Below, piece by piece: positions 22,490-33,021 of a stretch of 33,021 bases of DNA. Source of the DNA: Octopus bimaculoides (taxonomy: Eukaryota). How positions within the stretch are numbered: the stretch's first letter is position 1; every line of letters starts with the position of its first letter. The notes under the pieces were generated by a model. The model made no database searches. It saw nothing but the letters and a program-made list of their open reading frames with translations, and had not been told where the DNA came from. The stretch spans positions 59,904,640 to 59,937,660 of the forward strand of contig NC_068987.1 of NCBI RefSeq assembly GCF_001194135.2. Reading direction: 5' to 3'. The translations under genes were made by a program, and so were the position numbers.

Positions 22490-24020
22490 ATCTTAACAAG
22501 AAATTCCGAAATCCAACAACGGCCTACCCAAACCTAGTAAATTAATTCAACATAAACCTCAACCCCATACATATAAACTCAATGCACGAACTGACCCCCT
22601 TAACAAACTAACATTCATAACTACAACTATAGCGCCATTGTTGACACCCGGTCCTTAAATGTACCATAAAGCCCAAATATACCTCCTGTCATAATAAAGA
22701 ACATCCCAGAGGATACCACCGGACACAGTAATTATCATAGCATACAACACAACAACAATACCGTCAACTCCTTATCAAGTGATAACCTTAGCACTAACTA
22801 TAATAACGAACCGAACACCGATTCTTCACTAAATAACAATACCCATCACAAGATCATCCGGAACACACCCTACAGATCTATGCAGCTGCAGACACCCAAC
22901 CACCAATCCTCTAGATAACCACTGTCTCACTAAAAACATAGTTTATATGTGCACAGTATCAACTAACTAACAACTGTAACTACATATACATTGGCTCTTG
23001 TAGCACCACCTTCAAAGCTAGAGTGAGCAATCACTATTCTAGCTTCAAATCCGAAACAAAATCTAACAGTACATCGTTATCTGAACTTAACAATAAACTG
23101 ACGCTTGATTCAACCCCTTACGCTATTAAACGGTCCATAGTCACCCACGCCAAACCTTACAGCGGATATAATAACAAGTGTCGTCTATGTATAACTGAGG
23201 TCATGGTTATTTTGCAATCCATGCACTGTCTCAATGAACGCATCAGCACAATATTCAACTGCAAACATCGGGCACTAAATCTATTCTCAAACTACAAATA
23301 ATTACAACCTCACCCCTCTCTTGTCACACCCCCAAACACTTATCCACCCTCACTACCATTTTTAATACCTTGATCGTCAATTACAATTTTTTTCTCCCGG
23401 TTTTTACTTACTACCTAAACTATTCTCTCCTTATATATCTACTCCTTCCCACTTCCTACCCCATCACCTATAAACTCACAAATATATACACCAACATACA
23501 CACCCATCATCACTTCATACCTTTTTCTTTTTTGTACCAATTTATACCTTTCGGCCATAGAAACCCGTCGACTACAAACAACCATTAAGCCTTGCTTACA
23601 TTCCCCACCCTACCTTGCTTTATTCACACACACACTTTCTTTCTCCCCATGACCAAAGATATTTCCTCACCCCTCCCTTCCAATTTATCTTCTCTTCAAA
23701 TGCCAACCTCACTTTAAAAATCTGTGATTAAGCTTTACAACTATATTATCTACTACTGACCTGCCCAATTCCTCCTTTTTCTCACTCCTATATAGTTTAT
23801 TTTATTTCATTTTATTTATTTAATTATTTTTTCTCTCTCTTCTTTCTTCCCTTCTTCTAAAACTTATTTCTCCCTCATAGCCTTTAATTTAATCAAGATA
23901 TCTTTGGCCTGAAGAATAGCCGGCGGTATATACCTCGCTTGAATATAACCACTTCTGAGTTTCCACTCACTATGAAACATATGTAGCCCGGATTTTTCCT
24001 ACTCCATTCCGTAACACTTG
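22490..24020 (+). mobile_element. Penelope-like element, 5'-truncated: C-terminal GIY-YIG endonuclease, 3' UTR and terminal repeat region
   Basis: From 22881, across a frameshift: CSCR..NPLDNHCLTKNIVYMCTV..YIGSCSTTFKARVSNHYSSFK..KCRLCITE..LNER..CKH. A pyrimidine-rich UTR and a hammerhead motif follow, and the element ends at (TA)n from 24021. The 5' boundary is approximate. Confidence 0.85.
23906..23988 (+). ncRNA. Type I hammerhead ribozyme (PLE-associated), intact core, predicted cleavage after GUA at 23985
   Basis: Stem I GGC(23906-08)/GCC(23986-88); core CTGAAGA (23909-15); stem II ATAG(23916-19)/CTAT(23970-73); GAAA (23974-77); minimal stem III within the palindrome ACATATGT (23977-84); GTA triplet (23983-85). 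Confidence 0.8.
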
Positions 24021-24431
24021 TATATATATATATATATATATAAACAAGAAGAAAATGGAGAGTATATAGATATAAATTAATTCATTAACATATAGTTAAT
24101 TAAAAATGCCTGCAGTTGTTTCAATTTTACTTAATACTAATTACAAATTTATAAAAAGAATAAAATAAAATTTGCATCTAGAATATTCTATGAGTAAATA
24201 CTCATCCGGGTTAATAGACATAAAGGGATTACATGTTGTCATGTTGAGATTATAAATCGGACTGAATAAACGAAGATATGTTTACATGTTTGCGTGGGTG
24301 TTAATATATTTCATAATAAAATGATACGATAAAATAAAATACGCATCAAAAAAAAAATATAAAACAAAATGCGAATAAAAATAAGTAAAACAATATAGCC
24401 GTTATAAATGTGTCTATAGATTTTACTAATT

Positions 24432-24475
<44 letters not shown>

Positions 24476-24588
24476 CGTGCGTGCGTGTTTGAAACAACAA
24501 ACGAATTTATTTATTTATGATTATGTGCGTTAGTATTTTAAAATTAAAATAATACGTTATATGCGTGTATTATTTCAGTTTATAATTA

Positions 24589-25740
24589 CACTGGTCAACA
24601 AAATTAAATGTATTATACTCATTACGAATGCAAACTAAATTTTGACTAATTTTTCATGCTGATTTCGAAATTTCACTCCATTTGTATGCAGCACGTATCA
24701 GTTTTTCAGTAGATGCATGCAAATATCTACATATTTGTATATATGACATCATTTACGTAATAAATAAGGAAATATTATTTTTAGGAAGTAAAAGGAGTTT
24801 ATTGAGTTAAAAATCTTCACTGTCATTCTACACACAATGAATACACAAAAAATGGGTCAGACAAAACAAAGTTAGAACAACAGAGTTAGAAAGATTGTGA
24901 TTTGGATTTCCTGCTGTGTTCCTGATCTGGCTGATCACGGTAAAGTGTCCAGCGGTAGTCAGCCAGCATACTGTCATTCCATGAGCCTTGGTACCGTTTC
25001 GTCATAGCACTAATGTCATGGTGAAATCTTCCAGCATGTTCATCAGACACTGCTCCAAGGTTATCAGCCAATAAATCCAGATGGGAGTCCAAGAAGTGAA
25101 CCTTCAGTGACATGCGACAACCTGAGTAACATATCAAAAGATTCTTGATCCCATCCTTGTAGTCCATTGCATTCTTGTTGCCCAAGAAATTGTCACAGAT
25201 CCAACTGCAAGCATTCCAGGCAGGTAGTTCCACTTCATCCAATGTTGTCTTGCAGTTGATATCTTTGACTACTTCTCTAATTTTGGATCCGACAAAAATA
25301 TCATCTTTCAATTTCGCCTGTGTGATTTTGGGTAACTTTTCTACAATATACTCAATTTCGCTGGCATTTATCTTCCCTAGTGTCTTTAAAAACTGTTTCT
25401 CAGTCAAAGCTTTATGTTGAAAGGAGGCAAAAGAACATAACACGGATCTGCAAGAGGTGTATTCTTGACGCTAGACTGTCCTGACTGGTATGATGTTCTT
25501 GTCTGCCAGTTTGATTCCGAGTAATGTCTGTCAGTTGCCCGATTATCCCATAGACACAAGAAACAAGGGTATTTTGTAAAACGTGACTGCATTCCCATTA
25601 ACATTCCAATGACTTTTAAATCTCCACATAGTTTCCAATGAGTACCTTTCATAGGCAATGGCATGAAGTAAAAGAACAGCTCCCATTTTTGGATATTATG
25701 ATAAAAAGTCAACAACCAAATTATAACTGACATCTATCAT
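24589..25740 (-). mobile_element. Chapaev3-type (CMC group) DNA transposon, 3' half with transposase pseudogene
   Basis: Minus ORFs give WKLCGDLKVIGMLMGMQSRFTKYPCFLCLWD, LPPFNIKL, MSLKVHFLDSHLD and LGAVSDEHAGRFHHDIS..RYQGSW. The terminus CACTGGTCAACAAA at 24589 is preceded by TTA, consistent with a TWA TSD. The 5' end is absent. The family assignment is from recalled motifs. Confidence 0.75.
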
Positions 25741-25749
25741 AAAGCAACG

Positions 25750-26250
25750 GATTTGAAACGATATCACATCAAACAAATATCCCCTTTAATTTGGCAAAAA
25801 GGATCTGCATAATAGTGTCTGATAGAACTACTCGGGACCTTCGTCTTCAAGACCTCAGAACAGCACTAAATGAAAGACAATATCCACGCTCTCTTATAGA
25901 CGGTGGAATTAAGCGTGCCAAGAAATTAGACAGAAATCACTAAGGACAACAAAGCATAACACCTCACCTCATCTCAAAGCACTACTGTATATATCAACTC
26001 ACAACCCTAGAAACAATGAGGCCTTCAACACTATTGTGCAAAATCTCCCTTTACTAACTAGAGACCCAAAAATTAACAACGTCCTGAAAGCACATAAATT
26101 CATCGAATGCAAAAAGCAACACAAATCGCTAAAGAGACTTCTAACATATGCGATGCTTTACACAACAACCACGAAACCAACCGTTAAAAAATGCGGGCGC
26201 CCAAACTGCAGAACATGCCCCAACCTACGTAAAGGCTCGGATTTCTTGCT
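25750..26250 (+). mobile_element. Second Penelope-like element fragment (RT thumb, linker and Cys knuckle; Neptune/Poseidon-like)
   Basis: IPFNLAKRICIIVSD..RLQDLRTALNERQYPRSLIDGGIKRA, YISTHNP, KSLKRLLT and KCGRPNCRTC. Confidence 0.82.
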
Positions 26251-26343
26251 GAAGAGCGCAATGGAACACGATGGCCGAGAATCGTACACGCGAATTAACA
26301 ATCATGAGTGCAACACTCAGACCTATAGATCACGCACCTTCAA

Positions 26344-26384
<41 letters not shown>

Positions 26385-27066
26385 NNNNNNNNNNNNNNNN
26401 NNNNNNNNNNNNNNNNNNNNNNNNNNNNNNNNNNNNNNNNNNNNNNNNNNNNNNNNNNNNNNNNNNNNNNNNNNNNNNNNNNNNNNNNNNNNNNNNNNNN
26501 NNNNNNNNNNNNNNNNNNNNNNNNNNNNNNNNNNNNNNNNNNNNNNNNNNNNNNNNNNNNNNNNNNNNNNNNNNNNNNNNNNNNNNNNNNNNNNNNNNNN
26601 NNNNNNNNNNNNNNNNNNNNNNNNNNNNNNNNNNNNNNNNNNNNNNNNNNNNNNNNNNNNNNNNNNNNNNNNNNNNNNNNNNNNNNNNNNNNNNNNNNNN
26701 NNNNNNNNNNNNNNNNNNNNNNNNNNNNNNNNNNNNNNNNNNNNNNNNNNNNNNNNNNNNNNNNNNNNNNNNNNNNNNNNNNNNNNNNNNNNNNNNNNNN
26801 NNNNNNNNNNNNNNNNNNNNNNNNNNNNNNNNNNNNNNNNNNNNNNNNNNNNNNNNNNNNNNNNNNNNNNNNNNNNNNNNNNNNNNNNNNNNNNNNNNNN
26901 NNNNNNNNNNNNNNNNNNNNNNNNNNNNNNNNNNNNNNNNNNNNNNNNNNNNNNNNNNNNNNNNNNNNNNNNNNNNNNNNNNNNNNNNNNNNNNNNNNNN
27001 NNNNNNNNNNNNNNNNNNNNNNNNNNNNNNNNNNNNNNNNNNNNNNNNNNNNNNNNNNNNNNNNNN
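26385..27066. other. Assembly gap (N run)
   Basis: N bases, after (CA)n. Confidence 1.
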
Positions 27067-27419
27067 ATATATATGGTATGAATTTTCTGTAAATATATCA
27101 TTCATGATGAATCTCTCAAAAAGTCGATAGTGATAAATAAATAATTTGAATCCAAAATCCTGGCTACCCCCGTTTTCAATTTATAAAATCTGAACACCAT
27201 ATCATACCCGATGTTACGTGGTTGCAAAGGTACCATTGTAAAACCGGGCTTCTTAACCATACAGCCAAGCTTATACTTGAGAATACTTAATTTCAACCAC
27301 ATCATAGAACACTGTTAAACTATCACACTCTGGTACTCGTAATTTTGTTGTTAGTGTTGCTGTATCGAATTCCTCTAAAGTTTGTATAAGGCTTAATAAT
27401 TATTGCGAAAAGATTAATA

Positions 27420-27420
27420 C

Positions 27421-27467
<47 letters not shown>

Positions 27468-27893
27468 CTATTTGTCTCTGTCCGTCTGTCTGTTTCAGCA
27501 CATTTCTCTCTCTCTCTCCCTCTCTCTCTTTGGCCCTTTGTGTATATGTACATACATAAATATATACATGTAGATGTACATACACACAAACACACATACA
27601 CACAAACACACATACACACAAACACACATACATCTATAGGATATATTTGTATATATAAGGATATATTCACGTTAACTCATACGCCAGCAGAGACAAAGAT
27701 ATTTTTTCTATTTTATCATTCATTCACTTACCTTTTAGTACGACTTCTTACCACTTCCTGACGACCCACCCGTATTAGATTTTACACTAACACACAGTCA
27801 CACACATATACAATCACAGATGCGTGGGTGCGTATATGTGTGTATGTATGTATGTAGGCATCTATATGCAACTATTCATATATATATGTGTGT

Positions 27894-27930
<37 letters not shown>

Positions 27931-27960
27931 CATGCATAAATACATTCGTACATACATATA
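27420..27960. repeat. Microsatellite cluster (TCTG)n, (CT)n, (CA)n, (TG)n
   Basis: Directly visible. Confidence 0.9.
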
Positions 27961-29799
27961 CAGGAACATATAGACCATATATAGAGAAAATTACGACAGA
28001 TCTATTTTACACATGTCTTTGTCTGAACGTACACATGAATCTATGTAAATTCTAAATGTACATATATACGCAAAGTTAAATGATATTATGTATTTCAAGT
28101 GAGATTTTGCGTCAAAATAGATTCCTGACTGGCTGGTGGATACGCAGTCGTAACACATATATGTTTATGTTGGCAACGTATAATTACGAATGTAGCTGCA
28201 TATTTTATAAGGAAACATCCATATACTTCATATATTCAGAAAGATATAAAATAAAATATTTCAAAATAGCTTTTTTATCAAAACATAAAAAAATTCAAAA
28301 TAGCTATTTATCAAAATATATTCACGAATGATTAGAGAGTTACATAGGTATCCTTACATAGTCATATCTGCACGACTACTAATGTACATATCTAGCTATA
28401 TAATGTAACTGATGACTTACATATACTTAGAATTGAATAAAATATTTCATAACAGCTTTTGCATCAAAATAGATTCGTAAATGATTAATAGGTATGCAAC
28501 AAAAATCACAAATACATTTCTACAGAATATTACAAACATATGTGTATATATTATATTTAAACATACGTATACTCAGAGAAAAGGTCTAGTGACAGTATTC
28601 CCATTAAAATAGTTTTCACAAATAATCAAATAGGTATGCAATAAAATCGTCTATATAACTATATACACCTTTCTTTACTTAGAATTATCTACGTACCTAC
28701 GAATATCATAATTAAACACAACACGAACATTTATTCAGGTTTAAATACTGTATTTCCAGATTGACTATCAAGATATATTCACAATTTATTCCAAGGCTAT
28801 GTAGATAAATTACTATATGGTGACATAAATGATTTTCCACACACAATTAAATTCGATTCGACGTACGTTATATATAATGTTTGAATCAGTAATGATGCTG
28901 TTTGGTAGCCAGACCATTTGAGTATGAATTGTAATTTTTTAAAATTTTTCTCTTAGATTTTTATAAGAGCAATATATGAAATTATTTAAGTTAAGTGCGA
29001 CATTAGAAAATTAATTGCATATTAGTGGATATCACTTTTTATTATAAATACAAATACTTCAAAGATTTTGTCTGCGTGTTTTCGAAAACGATCTTTTTTA
29101 ATGAATTTCTGTTAACAGCAACGCCGTCATAGCTGTACAAATCACCTGATATAAAAAGAAATTTCTCGAAACGTGGTTTACAATAAACTCACTAGGTCAC
29201 TCGCTTTTGCCGAGTCACTCGCTCCTATGCTAACTTTGATAGGCTCTGTATTCTGCATTTTTATTCATTATCTGTTTCAGAAACGAAAGAACAGATTTTC
29301 TTGTACTAAAAATAGAATCAATAAATTTGTTAGCGGTGGTGTTTTAACAGAATTACAAACTGCAAACTTCGAACCTTTTTTGCCTTCATACATTAGTTCA
29401 CACATAGCCTAAGATAGCGGTATCAAATTTAGGCTTCAATTCTCAGTGTCAGATAACATTCCAGTAGCCCATGTATATACACTATATTCAAATATGTTTA
29501 AGCCACAAACTATGGATACAAAACTATTTTAAAAATTGGCAGTTTAAATTTGGGTCCGCAATAGCGTAGAAAATATTTCTTCTCTCATAGACATGATATC
29601 AGCGGACAGGATCAGATTGTTAAACTTCATGTTTGTGTATAGGTGACTAGAGCTAATGCGACTGTTGTTTACTGTTTTCATTGCCATGCATGTGATTTTT
29701 TTCCATTTGTGAATTTCTACATTTATTCTGCAACGGCTTTCCATATATTTGCGTGAAAATCATTTTTCCTATGTTAACTAACGTAATGGTAGCTATCAG

Positions 29800-29808
29800 C
29801 GCCATCTT
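29800..29808 (-). promoter_or_regulatory. YY1-type / start-context motif AAGATGGCG
   Basis: The plus strand reads CGCCATCTT at 29800-29808 in TE-free sequence. A single short motif only. Confidence 0.25.
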
Positions 29809-30489
29809 GGACAAAGTTTGCGAGTATTTTCATCATATATTAGTACCTGTAACCTGACAGTTGTTAAAACGCATGTTGCTGTACAAGTTATTAATGGAAT
29901 AAATATAATTATACTCCAAATCTTGTACTTAACACATTTTCTGCTTCATTAAAAGCACGATACATGATTCAAAACCGATGGGACCCCATAAGTGAACTGA
30001 GAATACGACGACAAGTAAGAGGGAAACGTTGTATAATCCAGTCTTCTTTTAATATCACTACAATATCAAACACAGGCTGGCATATAACGTTCTTGAACAG
30101 AGGCTAAATAAAATATTTACCCGCAAAATTTGACTTGCTTTTAGAGAAACTACAAACTAGGGTTGTATGGAACTTCTCTTCGATTACATTTTGTTCAAGT
30201 ACTGCATCGGTTACTTTGACGTAAAGCTGTTAAATTATACGACTCACCTTTTACCCCATATTGAATTTCTACATTGTGACCCAAAGGATGCTCTGAATAG
30301 AAGCAATATACTTGACGCCTGACATACCACTCCTTATTTATCAAGTTTAGTAAGAGAGTGTTTGAAGAAGGATAAACACCACCAAGTTTCTATATCCAAG
30401 CGACATTGCATGATGAAAATGTCGATGACCGTGTTGAATAAAAATATATATACAGGTATAAGTATACTTATATATATAAAAGCATAAAT

Positions 30490-30592
30490 ACATATGCACA
30501 CGCACACATGTATATATACACGTGCAAACATATATCTGTATACATATACATGCATATATATTTATATATGTGTGTGTGTGTGTGCATATGTA

Positions 30593-30637
<45 letters not shown>

Positions 30638-30690
30638 ATATACACATACACAGAAACATACATACACTATGATATAATATATTAATATAT
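30490..30690. repeat. Mixed (TA)/(CA)/(TG) low-complexity tract
   Basis: Directly visible. Confidence 0.9.
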
Positions 30691-30926
30691 TAGATATATA
30701 CTACATGTATAATATAGGTGGTTCTTTAGCAATTAAAACCTAAACGCAAGTTAATAAATAAGGGTGCAAAATAGAACCGGCAATTGCTAGAAATAAGAGT
30801 CAAAACGACTCAAAATAGGCAGAGAGAACACTAGCCTCAAGAACTGACGCAAAGCGGGGGAGCAAGCTAAAACACCTTTCCATGGTGAGATAAATTCACA
30901 AAATGAAGTAAACAGACATATCCTTA

Positions 30927-30958
<32 letters not shown>

Positions 30959-31936
30959 NNNNNNNNNNNNNNNNNNNNNNNNNNNNNNNNNNNNNNNNNN
31001 NNNNNNNNNNNNNNNNNNNNNNNNNNNNNNNNNNNNNNNNNNNNNNNNNNNNNNNNNNNNNNNNNNNNNNNNNNNNNNNNNNNNNNNNNNNNNNNNNNNN
31101 NNNNNNNNNNNNNNNNNNNNNNNNNNNNNNNNNNNNNNNNNNNNNNNNNNNNNNNNNNNNNNNNNNNNNNNNNNNNNNNNNNNNNNNNNNNNNNNNNNNN
31201 NNNNNNNNNNNNNNNNNNNNNNNNNNNNNNNNNNNNNNNNNNNNNNNNNNNNNNNNNNNNNNNNNNNNNNNNNNNNNNNNNNNNNNNNNNNNNNNNNNNN
31301 NNNNNNNNNNNNNNNNNNNNNNNNNNNNNNNNNNNNNNNNNNNNNNNNNNNNNNNNNNNNNNNNNNNNNNNNNNNNNNNNNNNNNNNNNNNNNNNNNNNN
31401 NNNNNNNNNNNNNNNNNNNNNNNNNNNNNNNNNNNNNNNNNNNNNNNNNNNNNNNNNNNNNNNNNNNNNNNNNNNNNNNNNNNNNNNNNNNNNNNNNNNN
31501 NNNNNNNNNNNNNNNNNNNNNNNNNNNNNNNNNNNNNNNNNNNNNNNNNNNNNNNNNNNNNNNNNNNNNNNNNNNNNNNNNNNNNNNNNNNNNNNNNNNN
31601 NNNNNNNNNNNNNNNNNNNNNNNNNNNNNNNNNNNNNNNNNNNNNNNNNNNNNNNNNNNNNNNNNNNNNNNNNNNNNNNNNNNNNNNNNNNNNNNNNNNN
31701 NNNNNNNNNNNNNNNNNNNNNNNNNNNNNNNNNNNNNNNNNNNNNNNNNNNNNNNNNNNNNNNNNNNNNNNNNNNNNNNNNNNNNNNNNNNNNNNNNNNN
31801 NNNNNNNNNNNNNNNNNNNNNNNNNNNNNNNNNNNNNNNNNNNNNNNNNNNNNNNNNNNNNNNNNNNNNNNNNNNNNNNNNNNNNNNNNNNNNNNNNNNN
31901 NNNNNNNNNNNNNNNNNNNNNNNNNNNNNNNNNNNN
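30959..31936. other. Assembly gap (N run)
   Basis: N bases, after (CA)n. Confidence 1.
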
Positions 31937-32049
31937 AATAAATGTCCGCTAATCGTGCCATGCGGACATTTATTGTGGTTTTAGAGTCAGGATTTGACTG
32001 CTATTTTTTCAGCGTGGTGGTATCTCTTGATACCCTGTATTATAATTTT

Positions 32050-32091
<42 letters not shown>

Positions 32092-32956
32092 TATATACAT
32101 ACAGTGTATATGCTTATATACCTCCACGTTTATTTATACGCGTTCATTCATAAATACTTGTCATTTCCTGATAATATATCAACTTTTGTACAAAAGAACG
32201 TGAATTCTATCCTTGTAGCAACGAAATTAAGCAATGTTAGTGATACATGTGAAAAGAATATATGTGTTTCTCTGGCAGTTTGAAAGAAAGAAATATAGTC
32301 AAACAATATGTCCATATAATTGGATTTTTCTCTTCCCCACTATATCCACCATTCTTCTTACATGTCCTAATACTGATTAGCAGAGGCTGTTCGTAATATA
32401 TATTATAGGCAGTAAGTATTATTGACAGACATAATAAAGTTTTGCTACCAAGAAATAACGAATGCTATGAAATACAATAAACGATATGTAGTTAAGAAGC
32501 TACTGAGAGAGCTTTATGAATGTTTTATCGTATTTTTAGCTGGAAAATTTAAACATGATACGCTGTGAGAAATTAGGTCAGATGAACATTTTGTAACAAA
32601 AGGCAAAGCTTTTATTTTTGGTGCATTTACAAAACTTAAGAAGTATGCGGCAAATTTCCTAACATCCTTATTCTATACACTTTACTGTACGTACAGTCTC
32701 TAAAATACTGATGGATACTCTATAACGCTTGTCGCTAATCACCTTTGAAGAACTACATATCGTAATGTTTTTTCTAATTTTATTCTTCTTGAATTCATGG
32801 GTTTTGAAAAAGGAACCATCTCTAAGTGTCATACGTGAAATTTATTACTGGCACTAAATTTTAATCGATTTTGTAAGATTTATATAACATTTTGGCTTAG
32901 TCTGATTTGAACATAAAATGGGGAGGATGAAATTTTAAACTTGACTGTGTAATGAA

Positions 32957-32960
<4 letters not shown>

Positions 32961-33008
<48 letters not shown>

Positions 33009-33021
33009 ATATATATATATA
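32961..33021. repeat. (CT)n(TA)n microsatellite
   Basis: Directly visible. Confidence 0.95.

Noticed and set aside
26036-27130. Long ORFs of 253-364 aa in the ORF track
   Set aside because: They are artefacts of reading through N gaps and (CA)n. Only the first ~70 codons are real, and they are PLE-derived. The same applies to the ORFs at 4588-4881 and 30924-31961.
29173-29412. Plus-strand ORF with a strong acceptor at ~29280
   Set aside because: No convincing in-frame donor and no recognisable product.

Overview
AT-rich eukaryotic (metazoan) genomic DNA, dense in repeats, with four N-gaps each abutting a dinucleotide microsatellite. The SINE family and microsatellite load resemble what I recall from Octopus assemblies; this is an inference and not database-checked. 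No intact long CDS is present. Supported content: a decayed APE-RT LINE (minus, ~1980-5145) carrying a nested pogo/Tigger-type MITE; a full-length but dead hAT (hATm-like) transposon with long TIRs and an 8-bp TSD (5723-8485); several tRNA-derived SINEs, including a head-to-tail dimer and a copy with a perfect 17-bp TSD; a ~650-bp foldback inverted repeat (10509-11161); a co-oriented stack of six R4/Dong-type retroelement fragments in (AAT)n tracts (15090-17755); two Penelope-like element fragments, one ending in a hammerhead ribozyme with an intact core and an unusually large domain II (23906-23988); and a Chapaev3-type transposase remnant. A TE-poor block (~17.8-22.4 kb) holds a phase-compatible chain of candidate minus-strand exons that I cannot name. 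I found no convincing new multi-gene system. The best leads are the atypical hammerhead, the foldback and the Dong landing pad.
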